From contig JBPGPT010000043.1 in NCBI GenBank assembly GCA_051047955.1, positions 1 through 64,000 of the forward strand: a stretch of 64,000 nucleotides of DNA, read 5' to 3'. A model generated the notes under the pieces. That model was given only the letters and a program-made list of their open reading frames with translations, had not been told where the DNA came from and did not search any database. The position numbers and the translations under genes are program-made. This DNA comes from Cystobasidiomycetes sp. EMM_F5 (taxonomy: Eukaryota). This document shows, piece after piece, positions 11,976 through 24,568 of this stretch (position 1 is its first letter; the number at the start of each line of letters is the position of its first letter).

Positions 11976-14900
11976 ATGGACACTGCCCACCTCGAGCCGG
12001 ACTTTGATCCGAGCAGCGTAAAGGCCGCCGACCTGCGCGGGATCCTGATCCAGTACAGTGTACCGTATCCGAGTAAGCCAGGTTACACCCGTGGTATTAC
12101 ACTCGTTTGGCTGATTTATATGATACTGCACTCCCTAGGCAATGCCAAAAAGGCAGACTTGGCTCAGATCTACGAAGCAGAGATTAGACCGCGCGCTGAG
12201 AGGATGCTCGAAGAGCGCCGACGTGTAAGGGCAAGCAGTTCTGGAATCGAAGACCACAGGTCGCGCAAGACGACAGAATCGACAACGGGAAGACTAAAGA
12301 CGAGCAAGAGCAGTGCGCGCATCATACCGCAGGATGACGAGGACGGGGATGCAGTCATGATGGACAGACTGCCACCGTCCAACCGCACCATGGCCGCATC
12401 GCGCAAGGCAGCTTCGATGAACAATCTCGCAGCAGTCGCTTCGGGAACCACATCGTCACGCTCAAGGCGGACATCGGCCTCACCCAAGCCCGTGTCCGGC
12501 TCCACTGCTACCGGTAGAGGAATGCGACGCAGTGCAAGCATCGATCTCGTCAGTGCAAGCGAGCAGAGTGCACAGGAAGAGGACGATGCAGATGTAGAGG
12601 AGATACAAGCTGCCCCACTCAAGCGAGGTAGAGGCAGACCACGCAAGAGCGCACCGGCACTTGCATCAGGTCCCCAGGGCTCAGCCGACCAAGCTCCTCT
12701 ACAATCCAGGCGTCTTTTTCCAGTCGTAGAGATTCCATCGCCTGCCAAGACCTCTCCCGAGCGAGCACCTCCAGTCAGAACAGCGGTATGTCCAGTCAAC
12801 GTGCTATAGACTGTGCCGTCCTTACACAACGTTTTCATTTCTATTCCTCCTAACTCAGCAACCGCCCACTTCGCCAAACAAAGGCATCGAAGTCGTCATT
12901 CCCATATCGCCACGAAAGTCGGTCGCTCGGGACAGCAAGTTTGAGGTAGTGATACCTTCGCCCCGCAAGTCGCTTACAACCGAGGCCGACAGTCATAAGC
13001 GCAAATACGATAGTCCAGCAGATCGCAGTGACACTACAAGACTCGGGCGAGGCGATGAACAAGAAGCTAACAAGGTCGTAGAGAGCGGATTCTCCGACTA
13101 CAATCCATTTCAATCTGGTGATGATGCAACTCCAGAGAGTCGGGAGAAGCGCAAGAAGCGCAGAAAGTCTTCTATGGCAGCTGCCAATGCGAGCATGCTC
13201 GTTGATGACGCAGGTGATACAGACAGAATGGATGTTGATGATCCGCCCATTCAGTCCGGTATTCGCAAGAGCAACACTGCTCAATCGCTTGCTCAGCGAT
13301 TCTCGCAAGATGCGTCAACTCCGCAAGCTAAACCGTCATATCGACGAGAAAGCGTACCAGCCTCAGCAACTGGCATGTCGTCGAGTAGGAGCATGCCTTC
13401 TTTTCCTAAAGCTGCCACTCCGTTGGACAGCCTAACGATTGCACCAGAGAACTTTCGACTGATTGCGCGGAAAGCAGAAGCCGAGAGCAAACCCTCCACT
13501 CCTACAGCCGCAGCCGCTCCCTCTAGTTCTCCACGGCGGACTTCAAGGAGTTTGCACGCACCGCATATACAGCAGCCTACCTCCAATGCCAAAAATGACG
13601 ACGATCAAGGACTGCTCGATTCGCTAGCTGCAGAACCGGCATTCGAAGAAGAATCTCTAGCACCCTCGCGCCGGGAAGATTCCGCTGACGACGTGGTGCT
13701 GGTATCGAGCAGCAGCAGACAGAAGCAAGCGCCCAAACCACCCCTATCTAATCATCCTGCTCCTCCTGAAATTGCCAAAGCAGCCAACCAAGTCGTTTCT
13801 GCTCGACCCAAATCAAGGTCCACCATGTCTATGCCAGTCAGGACTGGTGCACTCCTCCTACCCTTGCTACCTCTACTATCGGGTGTTGGGTGGTATAGCA
13901 ATTACTGGCTTGGCCAGAAACATAGCCTAGGTTTCTGCGATACGGAATCGTCAACGAACCATCAAGTCCAGATCAAGCAGCATCAGCTATCGGGGCCGGC
14001 GAGAGACTTGACCGGCAATGTTGCCTTTGATGCATTCGTCAAGGACTCGATCGTTGCGCTAACGCCGACAACGTGCGAACCGTGTCCTTCCCATGCAATG
14101 TGCCAGGATGGCCTCGTCAAGGCATGCGCAAGAGACTACCTGCTGCAGCCAAATAAGCTTGCCTATTTGTTTGGCGATGGAGTTGACGTTACGAAAAGCG
14201 TCATGCCTTTGCTGCTGCATCCAAAGTGCCGACCCGACACAGACCGCCTGATACGCGTTGCGGAATTGGCGAGTCAAATCGCAACGTCCCTAAGGCAGAT
14301 TAAGGGGGACATTATCTGTTCAGGCGAGGAGCGTGCGAGATTGAGAGCCGCAAAGAAGGACAAGGGTGGCAAAGCCGAGGAGTGGTCAGTTTATGGCGCT
14401 TCCGAAGACTATGTCAAGAAGATTGTGTTCGAAAACAGAAATGTAAGTCTGCTCCTTCGAACGATGCCCTACGCGACCAGCTGAATTGGGACTCTCATAG
14501 CCGCTCGTCAGCGAAGCTGCCTTTGACGATCTTTTTGAGGAGGCTGTGAAAGATCTAATCAGCCATAATGAAGTCGTCTTTGGCATCGATCAAGAAGGCG
14601 AGCCCTGGGTCGCCGCCGTGGCTGCTGATATGCCGCTTGGATGCCGTACCAGGCGAGCAGCATACAAAGCAGCGGCAGAGCACAAAGGTTCGTTGGCATC
14701 GCTCGCCACTCTACTGCTCAGCGCATTATATGGCCGCGCTAAATACACCCAGAAGAAAAACATCGCCGAGCAGGTGGACGAGCTGGTGCCCATAGCTCTG
14801 ACACTGCTTCAGCAGCAAGAGCAGAACCATCATATCGATAAAAACCTCACCCCATACCCTTACCTTGCGCCGTCACAGCTCCGCGATCTCGTTCTATCGC

Positions 14901-15244
14901 ACGAGCACTCGCCGTCGAGGAGAGCCGAGCTGTGGAAACGCGTCGAGCGAATCGTGGAGGGAAATAGCAATGTTCGGGCAATGACTGCAGAGCAGCACGG
15001 AGAGGAGATGAGAGTTTGGCAATGGATCGGCAGCGCATATGGCATTATTGAGGACGGACAATCATCGGTGCCATCGGAAAGTAATGGCACTGCATCCGCA
15101 CTTCGGAGGAAATCATACGGGTTGGCTGCCCCAAGACCCTCGCTCTCCCGGCCCGGCACACCGAGAGTCAGCCTCCCAGATCGTCACATAACCTGGGGCG
15201 AGGACGTGAAGAGTAGCTCGCCAGTAAACTCACCCAGTCGCTAG
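11976..15244 (+). CDS. SRC1: Inner nuclear membrane protein Src1/Heh1 (HeH/LEM + MSC domain), 3 introns
   Basis: N-terminal HLEPDFDPSSVKAADLRGILIQYSVPYPS-NAKKADL (HeH); conserved SGFSDYNPFQSG; TM, GFCD..CEPCPSHAMC..C luminal region; second TM; SQLRDLVL..LWKRVERIVEGNSNVR..GEEMRVWQWIG. Confidence 0.92.
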
Positions 15245-15641
15245 ACGTAAAGTGTTACATCGGGTCAGCCTTATATCGGATGCACGTATACACAGTGGCT
15301 GCGGCGTCACTTCTGCTCTTCGTCGTCAGTGTCAGATAGTTGTTTACCCTTCATTACCGTGTCTACTGTGCGTCTAATACTACATGATTTTGAGCTGTTT
15401 CAGGCTCTTTGGCTTGCCGTCGACCTCAGATGCGCCGATTCGGTTGAGTGATGAAAGCCTGCTACATTGCGACGTTCGGTCTAGAAGTCGAGCGGAGCAA
15501 GCTAAATAGACTACTGACTGCCAACTGCCATGAAGTGAATGAAACTAGCTGTGTATGAAGATTTTGTTTGGAGATGGTGAAGCTGAAGGGAAACATCGAA
15601 GCATTTCCCTGGACTCGATGTTAATCTGAGCCGCATTGATG

Positions 15642-18600
15642 TCATTGGAGATATCTGAGCGGAGCTTCAGGAGATCTAGATAAGGGCGTCTGAGACGCTG
15701 ACGCAAAGCTGAAATCCTGTAATTGATTGACCACCTGAGAGCTGAGCGATTGCTGCAGCACAGGTTGTTGCGGAACGGCAGCTACCTGCTGCATGTGTGC
15801 TGCCACAGCGTTGTTGATCTCGTTTTGTCGTATCTGTGAGCTGACTGCGCTAATTTCCAATGTAGCGTTGAAAACCTCCGTAGGCGATGGCTTGGCTGGA
15901 TCTTGAGCCGTCGTCGCCAACTTTTGGACAATCACGGAATCGATGACTTGTGAAATTCTTTGACCATCGCCTGAAGGGAGTGTCGGATTGAAGACTTTGA
16001 GATGCTCCTGGTGGACAAGGGTCTCTTCCACCAATTTTGCTTTGATGTGTGATGCGCTGGCAAGCGTAACATTGTCGGTCGCGGAACGGAAGTCTGAGGC
16101 AGTAGGAGCAAAGTGCGCAGCGAAGGAGGCGTGCTGCGGTGTCACGGGAGATGTAGGGCCACTTCTTACACCATCTGCAGGCGTGTAGAGCTTCGCCAAG
16201 GGTGGCTGCTGCAGTGAGTAAGCTCCGTAAGCGGGCATAGGCGAAATGTGTGGGTGTGACGTCTGATATTGGTGGGTTGTCAGATGTGGAGGTGTCACAA
16301 GGGAAGATGTAGAAGCAGTTAGATCGGTCATAGCTGGAGATCCCGAGAATTGTGACGGGTGCCCGTACTTGGCTGATGAGGTCGGGGTTTGAACAAGATG
16401 AGTGTGGCTGTTATAAGTTTCCTGCTTGACGGTATTATCCGGTGCAACGCTGCGCACGCCGTCTGGGCCAATGACTGCGATTGTGAAATTCTGGGTAAGG
16501 CGGTGAGTCGAATAGTCGGCGACAATGTCTACCGATACAGACAATGCATTCTCGGGCGGAACGCCCTTCAAAACGCCGTCCTTGAACTCGAGCCATACTG
16601 GCAAATTCGGGCTTGAGAACTCGGCATCCATAGGCTGTCCTTGACAAGAAGAGTCCAGGACTTTTGGTGTCCAGCTATATTGCATTCCAGGAGACGCTGT
16701 AGAAGCCATTGGTACGATGCGAGGAGCTGGTGGTCTGAATTCGTAGCGCCCGTCTCCAGCGTAGCGTCCTTCTACAGACCAAACGTGATTGCCTTTGGAT
16801 CTGCGGAGCATATTAGCATGTAATCCATGTTTACTCGGCCTTGGTGACTTACTTTGTTTTCTTTCCCTCGTCATTGAAGCGAGATATTAACGGCTGATTC
16901 CAAAGATACTGCTTTATCTGCAGCAACGCATGAGTCAATGTGACCGTATGACAACATCAGCATACTACTTACCAGCTTGGGCGCCACGTCCGACTCTAGC
17001 ATGCCAGCATCTCGACAAGCATCCTGAAACGAATTCGTAAAGGGTTGGATCCGAAACTTGAATGGACGAAAGAGCCGCTCCTCGTCGAGTTTCTGCATTC
17101 GCTTTGCCATGAGCGGCTGATGCAGTTTTTCCCCGTTGCGGTCAGTAGCTTCGAGGTCCGCACAGACCTCTTCGAGCCAGCTCCCGAACACGCGCTCAAA
17201 TTGTGCTAAAATTTCGTGCTTCAAGGGTTCCTTCTTACGATCGGCACCAGCAGCGCCCGATCGACCGGTTGAAGCGTGTCCATCCTCATAGTCGTGATCG
17301 CCATCATCATCCTCATTGTTGTCTTCTTCTTGAGGTGGCGATGGCTTTGAACCGAGATTGGTCAGCATTGCCTCCAGCTCCGCCGCATCAGGAGCGTTTG
17401 CATTGAGGGTAGCTAGATTCGACATTGAAGGAGCTCGAGAACGTGAGCCACTCGGTGTCGCTTTGGATAGGCTCGTTGCTCGTGACCGTGAACTGCTCGC
17501 ACCCGACAGGCCGGTCTGCGTAGTAAAGGGGAAAGACGAGATAGAAGACAAGTGTGACGAAGTATATGGGGAGGTTGTCAGACTGAGTGCGTCTTCCTCC
17601 TTGACTGTTTGAAGAGATGTAAAGTCCATGGATGTTGGCAAGGTCCGAGCGTGAGGAGCTTGCGACCCTGGTTGAAGGGGTAATGGGGCGATCAAAGTAT
17701 CTTGTGCAGTCATATCTACGTCGTTGTACGAGGCCTGAAGAGCTCCGGTGACGCTGGCTGGCTGTTGTTGCTGATTGAAAGCTGCATTCAATGACTGATT
17801 GTTCATCAGCTGAGACATTGTTGTAGTGAATGACGGATTGAGCTCCACAGGCAGAGGGGGCGGCAGCTGTTGATTAAGAATTGCTGCAGTTGCGAGCTGT
17901 ACTTGCTGCTGCCGTAAAGCCTCCGTTGCATATGCCTGAGGATCAATAGTAGTCTGACTTGTAGCAGCGTTTGATGTGGTGAAGCTGGGCTGGGTCAAAG
18001 GGACTCCAGTCGAGTTGGCCATGTTGAGGCCTTGAACAGCAGCTGTATAGTTCATGGTGGCAATTGCATTGGCTTGTGATTGCATTGCTTGCATATTTTC
18101 ACTCGTCATAGGCATACCTGTCATCGCGGGCATGGCAGTATTCGTCATTGTTGCGTCTTGACTGTCCGAATCCTGCATCGGGGCAGGAGGCAAAATTCCG
18201 TTGGACGTGGCTTGATCCGACATGATCTCATCGCTTGCGAGTACGGTGTTCGACATGCGGGATAAGTAATTGGATTTATTGCTAAGGCGTCCGACAAGAT
18301 GGGACCCAGATGCTGCCAAGTCGGCAGCTTTTGTAGACGGAGCGACCTCCGTGATTCCGGTAGAGTTTGGACGATAATGGTTCTCAACTGGTAAGAGGGG
18401 AGAAGAATGCGTATGCTGAAGAAGAGCTGGCCTAGTAGCGGTGAAGACGGGCCCAGATCTAGTAGATATACCAGCAGAAACGGGTCCATCCGAGGAAGTC
18501 GCATTACTCAGCGCTTCGGAGACAGTCCTGCGGTGTTTGTGCGTATCATCGATACCGTCCGCACTGCCGATGGTGAAAGCACGCTTGCGCGTAGGAGGTG

Positions 18601-19982
18601 AGTCTGATACTGTCCCGACATAGCCAAGTCCAGTAGGGGAAACTGTATAGATGATCAGCCCTCGGGACTCTGTACCTCGCGCAAATGCCCGTCACGCACG
18701 AAAGAATGCTTTGTCAAGCTTTTGTGCCGCTGCCCAGAATTGCTGTCTCAGCGGGTGTCGTTGAGCCATGTCGAGAGGCGAGCCACTCTGGTACGCGGAA
18801 GTGATGCGGTTGTAAGCCTCAGAGAGCTGATAAAGGAGGGAAAAAGTAGATGAGCTAGTCTGCACGAAGCATGATCATGGTATAGATATCTACCTCTGCA
18901 CAAGCCAGAAGCCCGACATCATCTGTCTTGCGGGTTGTACCTTCCGTTTGGCTTGCGGGCTGAGCGGTGAAGTTGAGCAGTATTGGCTGGGGAGTCGCAT
19001 CTCCAGACATGGTACTGGTCTGAGTTGAAGCGAGCATGGCAGTCGTACTTGCATGCATTGCAGCGGATGCTGCTTGCTGTTGCTGCAGGAGTTGCTGTGC
19101 TGCTTGCTGAGCTTGGGCCTGTTCGTGCGGGGAGAGCTGAACAAGCGAGAGACTTTGCGCGGCTGTTTGCGCGTCTTGTGTTTGTTGATGTTGACCGTTC
19201 ATGCATCGATTATCTAGAGATGAGCCCGACGCAGTTGCAGCGTACAAGTCTGGAGTTGAAGGGGGAGCGGACATGCCCGACAAGTGCTGGTGTCGTCCAG
19301 GTGGCGGCGATGAAGGCGATGCATTACCGTTCTGTGCAATGTGACCAGCATGACCTTGGCTGTTGTATGAATGTCCCGCGGTCCCGTTGATTGGAATGAC
19401 ATGTCCAGAATGATTTTTCGGTTGACCGGGGAGGGTGTGCTGTGCAGCTGGCTGCTGCGCAACTAGAAAGGCACCGTCAACTAGGCCTCCCGACGAGAAC
19501 GAAGGCTCCGCAAACACGGAAGGCATGAGTGGTGACGGGGTAATGGAAAACGGTGCAGAAGCAGCAGCTTGTGTTGTTGCAGCCGCAGCGATATTGCTCT
19601 TCATCGTTTCAAAAGCCTGAACGTCGGCAACGTTGGCGGCATAACTGTCCGACATTACGGAACCCGGATTGTGCAGACTGCTTGCGGACAGCGTGTGAGC
19701 TGAGGTGGTGGAGCTACGGCTGCTCGTTCTGCTGGCTTGCCCGTTGTTTCCATCTTCGCCCGACGTGCTCCCAGTGCCGCCGACCTGTCCAGGCATACCC
19801 ATACCCGTCCCAAAGCCATCCCCCGTCCCGTTGGCCGCCAGCGCCTGCATTGTCCTGTCTGGTCCACCATTCGAAAGCCTGGCGTACTGCAATTGCCCTC
19901 CGAAATTGTGCAACGATGTCGGTCCGCTATCGCCCATCACGGCGGAACCCATTGATGTGCCATCGAACAGCCGGGTTTGCAT
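15642..19982 (-). CDS. Large uncharacterised protein (about 1300 aa), mostly Q/S/A/T-rich low complexity with one compact region near the C-terminal third; 4 introns
   Basis: ORFs 18855-19982, 16871-18319 and 15642-16874 join through GT-AG introns; compact region LHQPLMAKRMQKLDEERLFRPFKFRIQPFTNSF...IKQYLWNQPLISRFNDEGKKTK-SKGNHVWSVEG...LPVWLEFKDGVLKGVPP. Confidence 0.75.
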
Positions 19983-20962
19983 GCGGCGAGCTTCTCACAA
20001 CGTCACCGTATTCCTCTTCCAGGCGTGTGCCTGATAGTGTCGTTGTGCTGGCTGCCAGTAAATGATGGTCGATTTGTCAAAAGTATTGCTCGCTTCTTGT
20101 CCGTGGGACTTTTCTTCGGGCGTAAACCGGGAACGTGGAAGGAGAAAATACTCTACGTGGACGCAATGCAGAGTACACAGAGAAATAGTGCAACATGCAA
20201 CAGAATGAGCACAAACGAAACCTCGAGCGGAAAAAAGGGAGCATTGCATTTCTCAAAGCTAAAAAATATGCGACGCCTCAGGTGATGTGCGTCCAACCGC
20301 TGAACTGTGAAAACGAAGCAAAGATCGGTCTCCGTAACAGCGATGGGCTATGTATGAGTCAATTCGAACATTCTCTACAAAGTCTCTGCCATCGCCGTTG
20401 GGCAGCCAATGGTCCTTCGGCTACAGCTACTCGGAGAGCTGTGAAATCTTGGAGGAAGAGGGGTAGGGTGAACATCTGCGGAGATACATAGCAACATCCA
20501 TGCTCGACTTGTATGACCTCCGTCTTACACACGCTTGCCGAGGATCAAAGTCAGCAAGTCTTATGTGCGCATTTACGCGCTGTACATGTAAGACGTGTAA
20601 AGCCGGCGAAGCGAAGGGCGAAGAGTGTGTATGCAATTGATGAGACGATTGGGGTACGTAGAGACAAGGAAGCAGGAGGGTACAGCAGACATTGTCAGCT
20701 TTGCATTCTGTCAGCTTTCCATTCCTAACCTCAACCGGGTCTCCAAATAAATGGAAGCCAGTTTTTCATTCAAAAGTTGTGATTTTGATGTAGTGATAAG
20801 ACGTTTCATGCGAATGTGCATCATAATGAGACTTCATTCGTGGGATGTCAGAGTTATCGTAAACTATACTGCGTGCAGCGGAGCCATACGGCAGCGATCG
20901 ACCGACGGACTCGACTTGTAGCCCGTCGTTCAGCAGGTGGATGAGGTCTGCTCTGGCTTACC

Positions 20963-21565
20963 ATGTCCTCGAATCGTCGCGCGCGAGCTGCCCTGGCTCA
21001 TCTGCTTGGAGCAGGTCAGGATTTAGTTGGCCCGGCTGATCCTCTAACGAACCTGCGGCCGATGTACTACGCCGCTCGCTTCACGGCTCCAGATCCAAAT
21101 CAACGAACTCGAAAGCTACACCCATATTCCCTTGACGAGTTTGGTAGTCGTCCCATATCCCAAATCACGGCTTCAAAAGGCCGACATTCCGAAAAGCTGA
21201 TTCCAAAGCTGGCGAGAATGGAATCGTTGCGAACAGGATTCGAAGCAGAGGATCTGGCCTGGAGACTACAGCAACGTCGACTGGATCGCATATCTCACGA
21301 GCATTGGGCGAAATCAAATCTAGCCTTCTCTCAGGCCAAAGCAGAAGCGGAGGAGCGAGCGAGCATGGGGTCTCTTGATGGAGACACGCCTGATCCACTC
21401 GTCATGGAGGACTTTTACAAGACTTGGGTCGAAGCGAATGCGCAAGAGTACGAGCGTTATCAGCAGGAGTGGATCAAGGGCATCTTTGGACACATTCGCC
21501 CAGCTATACGCGCAGTCTATCGCGATTGGCGATGGAAGCTAGAGCTATGGCGCATGGGAATATAA
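20963..21565 (+). CDS. COA8: COA8/APOPT1-family (DUF2315) mitochondrial protein
   Basis: DLVGPADPLTNLRPMYY matches the family motif; HEHWAKSNLAF and MEDFYKTWV..YERYQQEW; Arg-rich N-terminus consistent with a presequence. Confidence 0.78.
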   Translation: MSSNRRARAALAHLLGAGQDLVGPADPLTNLRPMYYAARFTAPDPNQRTRKLHPYSLDEFGSRPISQITASKGRHSEKLIPKLARMESLRTGFEAEDLAWRLQQRRLDRISHEHWAKSNLAFSQAKAEAEERASMGSLDGDTPDPLVMEDFYKTWVEANAQEYERYQQEWIKGIFGHIRPAIRAVYRDWRWKLELWRMGI

Positions 21566-21663
21566 TCTGTGCTACTAGGATTACATTCTCAATATGCACC
21601 GGCCCTAACAAGCGGAGAGAACCGGCCGGAATAAATCAGCTTAGCGTGACAGCTACACTGTAG

Positions 21664-22038
21664 CTAAGAAACCACACAACAGCCCCCGCTGCTTCCACCT
21701 CCACCGTCGCCAGGGTACTGCTGCATAGGGCGCGGAGCTTGCGACGGTTGCGCGCTGTTTGGTAGCTGGCCATTTTGCTGGAAATACTGTTGGACAAGCG
21801 GGCCGAGGGCTGCACTCTGCTCAGGCGTCACATTTATCTCCAAGCCATGCTCGCCAGTTATTCGATTCCATGTCGGACGCACTGGTACATCCCCAAGTAG
21901 CGCTTTCTGTCCGACAACCACCCCTCTTGAGCGCCGTCCAGACGGAGTGTGGGGCGACCTTGGAGACGTCACGGTGGGGTACGGAGGCCATGCTGCGTAA
22001 GGTGGATAGCCTGGACTGCCTGGATATTGGAACGTCAT
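21664..22038 (-). CDS. Small intronless protein (124 aa) ending in GGGGSSGGCCVVS* (CAAX with adjacent Cys)
   Basis: ATG at 22038 (MTFQYPG...), open to TAG at 21664; similar to the neighbouring ORF 22301-22654. Confidence 0.6.
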   Translation of the reverse strand: MTFQYPGSPGYPPYAAWPPYPTVTSPRSPHTPSGRRSRGVVVGQKALLGDVPVRPTWNRITGEHGLEINVTPEQSAALGPLVQQYFQQNGQLPNSAQPSQAPRPMQQYPGDGGGGSSGGCCVVS

Positions 22039-22300
22039 TGTATGGAAGAGCTGAAAGACGTAAGGCCAGCGCGGAACGGACGGCAGCCGTGATACTTTAC
22101 GTCTGTCGAGCTGCATGTCAGACGCTGGTAAGGTCATCGATGTCAGAGCGGTGCATCTGGTCGCACTCGCATTCTGCCTCGTGATCGCACAACACATAGG
22201 AGGACACTGGCACGGTAAATGCACGTTGTGAGCATGACTATGCCGAGCGACATTCTCGTATATACAAAGATTCGCTCGCGCATTGTGCTATTCCTCAGGC

Positions 22301-22654
22301 TCAAGCTACGATACAGCCGCCGACGCATCCTCCTTCTTCACCGCCTTGCTGAAGACTGCCATTCTGGCCATTTTTCTGGACTTGTCGGGAATGAAATTTT
22401 TGTAATTGCGCGAGAACCGCAGCTCGGGCGTCAGGATTCAGACTCTGCATGTTCTGCGGGGTGATTGTAATTGAGACTGCTGTGGGCTGTCCATTTGGTC
22501 CAAGCACCCAGGTGCCAGAAAGGCCATTGCCCATAGAAAAGGACTTGCTCGGGACGGTGGGTGTCTGTGGAAAGTGCGCAATTTGGGGAGTCAGAGGTGG
22601 CATGCTCTGCTGACCTAAGTTGGGACGAGACGAGGAGATGACGGAATGTGCCAT
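22301..22654 (-). CDS. Small intronless protein (117 aa) ending in GGEEGGCVGGCIVA* (CAAX with upstream Cys)
   Basis: ATG-initiated ORF with terminal CIVA; shares TW..G..I.(I/V)TP(Q/E)..L.P..Q.NGQ with 21664-22038. Confidence 0.6.
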   Translation of the reverse strand: MAHSVISSSRPNLGQQSMPPLTPQIAHFPQTPTVPSKSFSMGNGLSGTWVLGPNGQPTAVSITITPQNMQSLNPDARAAVLAQLQKFHSRQVQKNGQNGSLQQGGEEGGCVGGCIVA

Positions 22655-23177
22655 GACTGCGAGTAATTAGCGCAATGAACAGAACTGATCAGACTCCTTG
22701 TCGTTGCTGTAGCTCAACGGAGTTGGAGCAAAGGCGGGCCATTATGGCCAATCTCGCTGGTTCAACCTGGCTTCCAGTGTCCACTGTCAGGGCAGTGCTG
22801 CCATTGCATTCGCATTGTGTCTTTGCGGTGACGAGTCTCTGTCAGAACGTTAGAGTGAACATCATCTTGACAATTCCTGTCGTTCGTTGTTGTTGGCTCA
22901 GAGTTGAGTGATCGGCTCCTCAGCATTCTGGTGGCAAAGAGTTGTGACCTCAGAAGAAGGGACGAGGCCCGTGTGCAAAGGCTTCCTCGACGACCTGGTC
23001 GCAACCCACGCTCATTCACAAACCACACTGATTGTAACGACACTCTTTTGGACCCAACACCCTACGACTCTGGAAGACCCGGTTCTTCATTCGAACCCTT
23101 GTTTATCCAGCCACCCGAGAAAAGAAAGCTCGGACTACGAGGAGAACGGATTGACAGACATCTAGTCTGGAAGCAAC

Positions 23178-24568
23178 ATGTATACGAGCATAAAGACATT
23201 CGGATTGACTGCCGTCCTGGCGGTATCAGCGGCTGCTCTCGTCGCAGGACATGAGCAGCAGGACCGATCAGCCGCTGGTAAGCGACACCAGAATATGCGA
23301 CGAGGTGGCCTTTCAGAGGCGGAGGGAATGCACAATCTGGAGAAAAGAGACTACACGTACGTGCTGCCTAGATTGATTGTTTCTCTTTCCGCTGATGGAA
23401 GAATTTGTATCTTGAAAGTGGTATTGCGACATACTATGCAAGTCTAGATCTATCAGACGGGAGAAAGATACGTGCTGATCTATCTTGCTTTGCTTGTCCT
23501 TCCTTTGGTACCTTCAGGATGCCAAGTAGGTCAATCAGCTTGTTTCCCCTCTTTTGTTCGCTGACTGACCAACCGCGTTTACTATTGCACAATTTCAGTG
23601 GCGGGTACGGTGCTTGCGGTTGGTCAATCTCTAACAGCGACTGGAGTGTCGCCATTGCTGGCCACATGTACGAGGGCGTGACGAGAATACTTTTGACGAG
23701 GAACTGACATTCTGTTACAGGTACGGAGATTACGGCCAGCAGTCATACTGGTGCGGGAAGAAATTGGTTGTGACTGGAAATGGGAAGACCGCTACTGTGA
23801 CGGTAGCTGGTAGGCATTGACACAATTCCTGCTGCGAGATTAGGCTGACACATAAATGTTCTCGCTGATCCTAGATGCGTGTCCTGGCTGTGGAGGTGAT
23901 GCTGGTCTTGACATGACACCGTCGCTTTTTGCCTATTTTACTGATCCAAACAACGGTGTCAGTACGTGCAGCGCGAAGTGTGCAGAAAGTGCGGACTTTG
24001 ACTGACTTTGTATGAAACCTCAGTGCAAATCAGCTGGCACGAGGAAGGCGCTGCACAGGCATACGTAGCTCCGACAACCAAGGAGGAGTGGAAAGCACCT
24101 ACGACTACCTGGACGCCTGATCCCACGACATGGACTCCAGCCTGGACTCCCTCCTGGACTCCGTCGACTGCGTGGACACCTTCGACGACCTGGGAAGCAC
24201 CTAAGAGTACTTGGACACCATGGACATCTACAGCGCAATGGACACCGTCAAGCACTTCCGTCAAATGGACCCCATCTTCGTCGCCTGTGGTCGTATCCTC
24301 GTCGAGCAGATCATCTTCGCTCTCAGTCGCATCAGGCATTGGAGCAGCTGCCAACAACGGCAGTCGTGCCGTCTTCACAGGCGTTGCAGTCAATGCCTCC
24401 ACTTCTGCAGGGGTCAATAGCACTCGTACAGGCGTGCTCATGACGGTCACCGCTCTCGGCAGTCCAATCGCTACGGGAGTCGTTGCTTCAGCTCCCCAAG
24501 GCAATCTCGGCCGGGCTGCCCAGATTGTCATCGATGTTGCCAATCTTGTCATCAATGCCAACAATTGA
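23178..24568 (+). CDS. Secreted RlpA-like double-psi beta-barrel (expansin/loosenin-like) protein, paralog 1; 6 introns
   Basis: Signal peptide MYTSIKTFGLTAVLAVSAAALVAG; Kex2-type LEKR; spliced DYTGIATYYDANGGYGACGW..SVAIAGHMY..WCGKKLVVTGNGKTATVTVADACPGC..GLDMTPSLFAYF..ISW; then WTP repeats and S/T-rich tail. Confidence 0.88.
24089..24273 (+). repeat. Imperfect coding repeat of W-(T/K/E)-(P/A/S) units (about 11 Trp) in DPBB paralog 1
   Basis: WKAPTTTWTPDPTTWTPAWTPSWTPSTAWTPSTTWEAPKSTWTPWTSTAQWTPSSTSVKWTP; DNA shows recurring tggac(t/a/g/c)cc. Confidence 0.85.

Noticed and set aside
12170..12877. 235-aa ORF on the - strand
   Set aside because: Antisense to the low-complexity region of SRC1
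1047..22654. Possible mating-type (P/R) locus suggested by STE7 plus CAAX peptides
   Set aside because: No STE3 receptor, STE20, STE12 or homeodomain gene is visible; the CAAX ORFs lack the short or tandem-repeat structure of known pheromone precursors; STE7 is about 19 kb away
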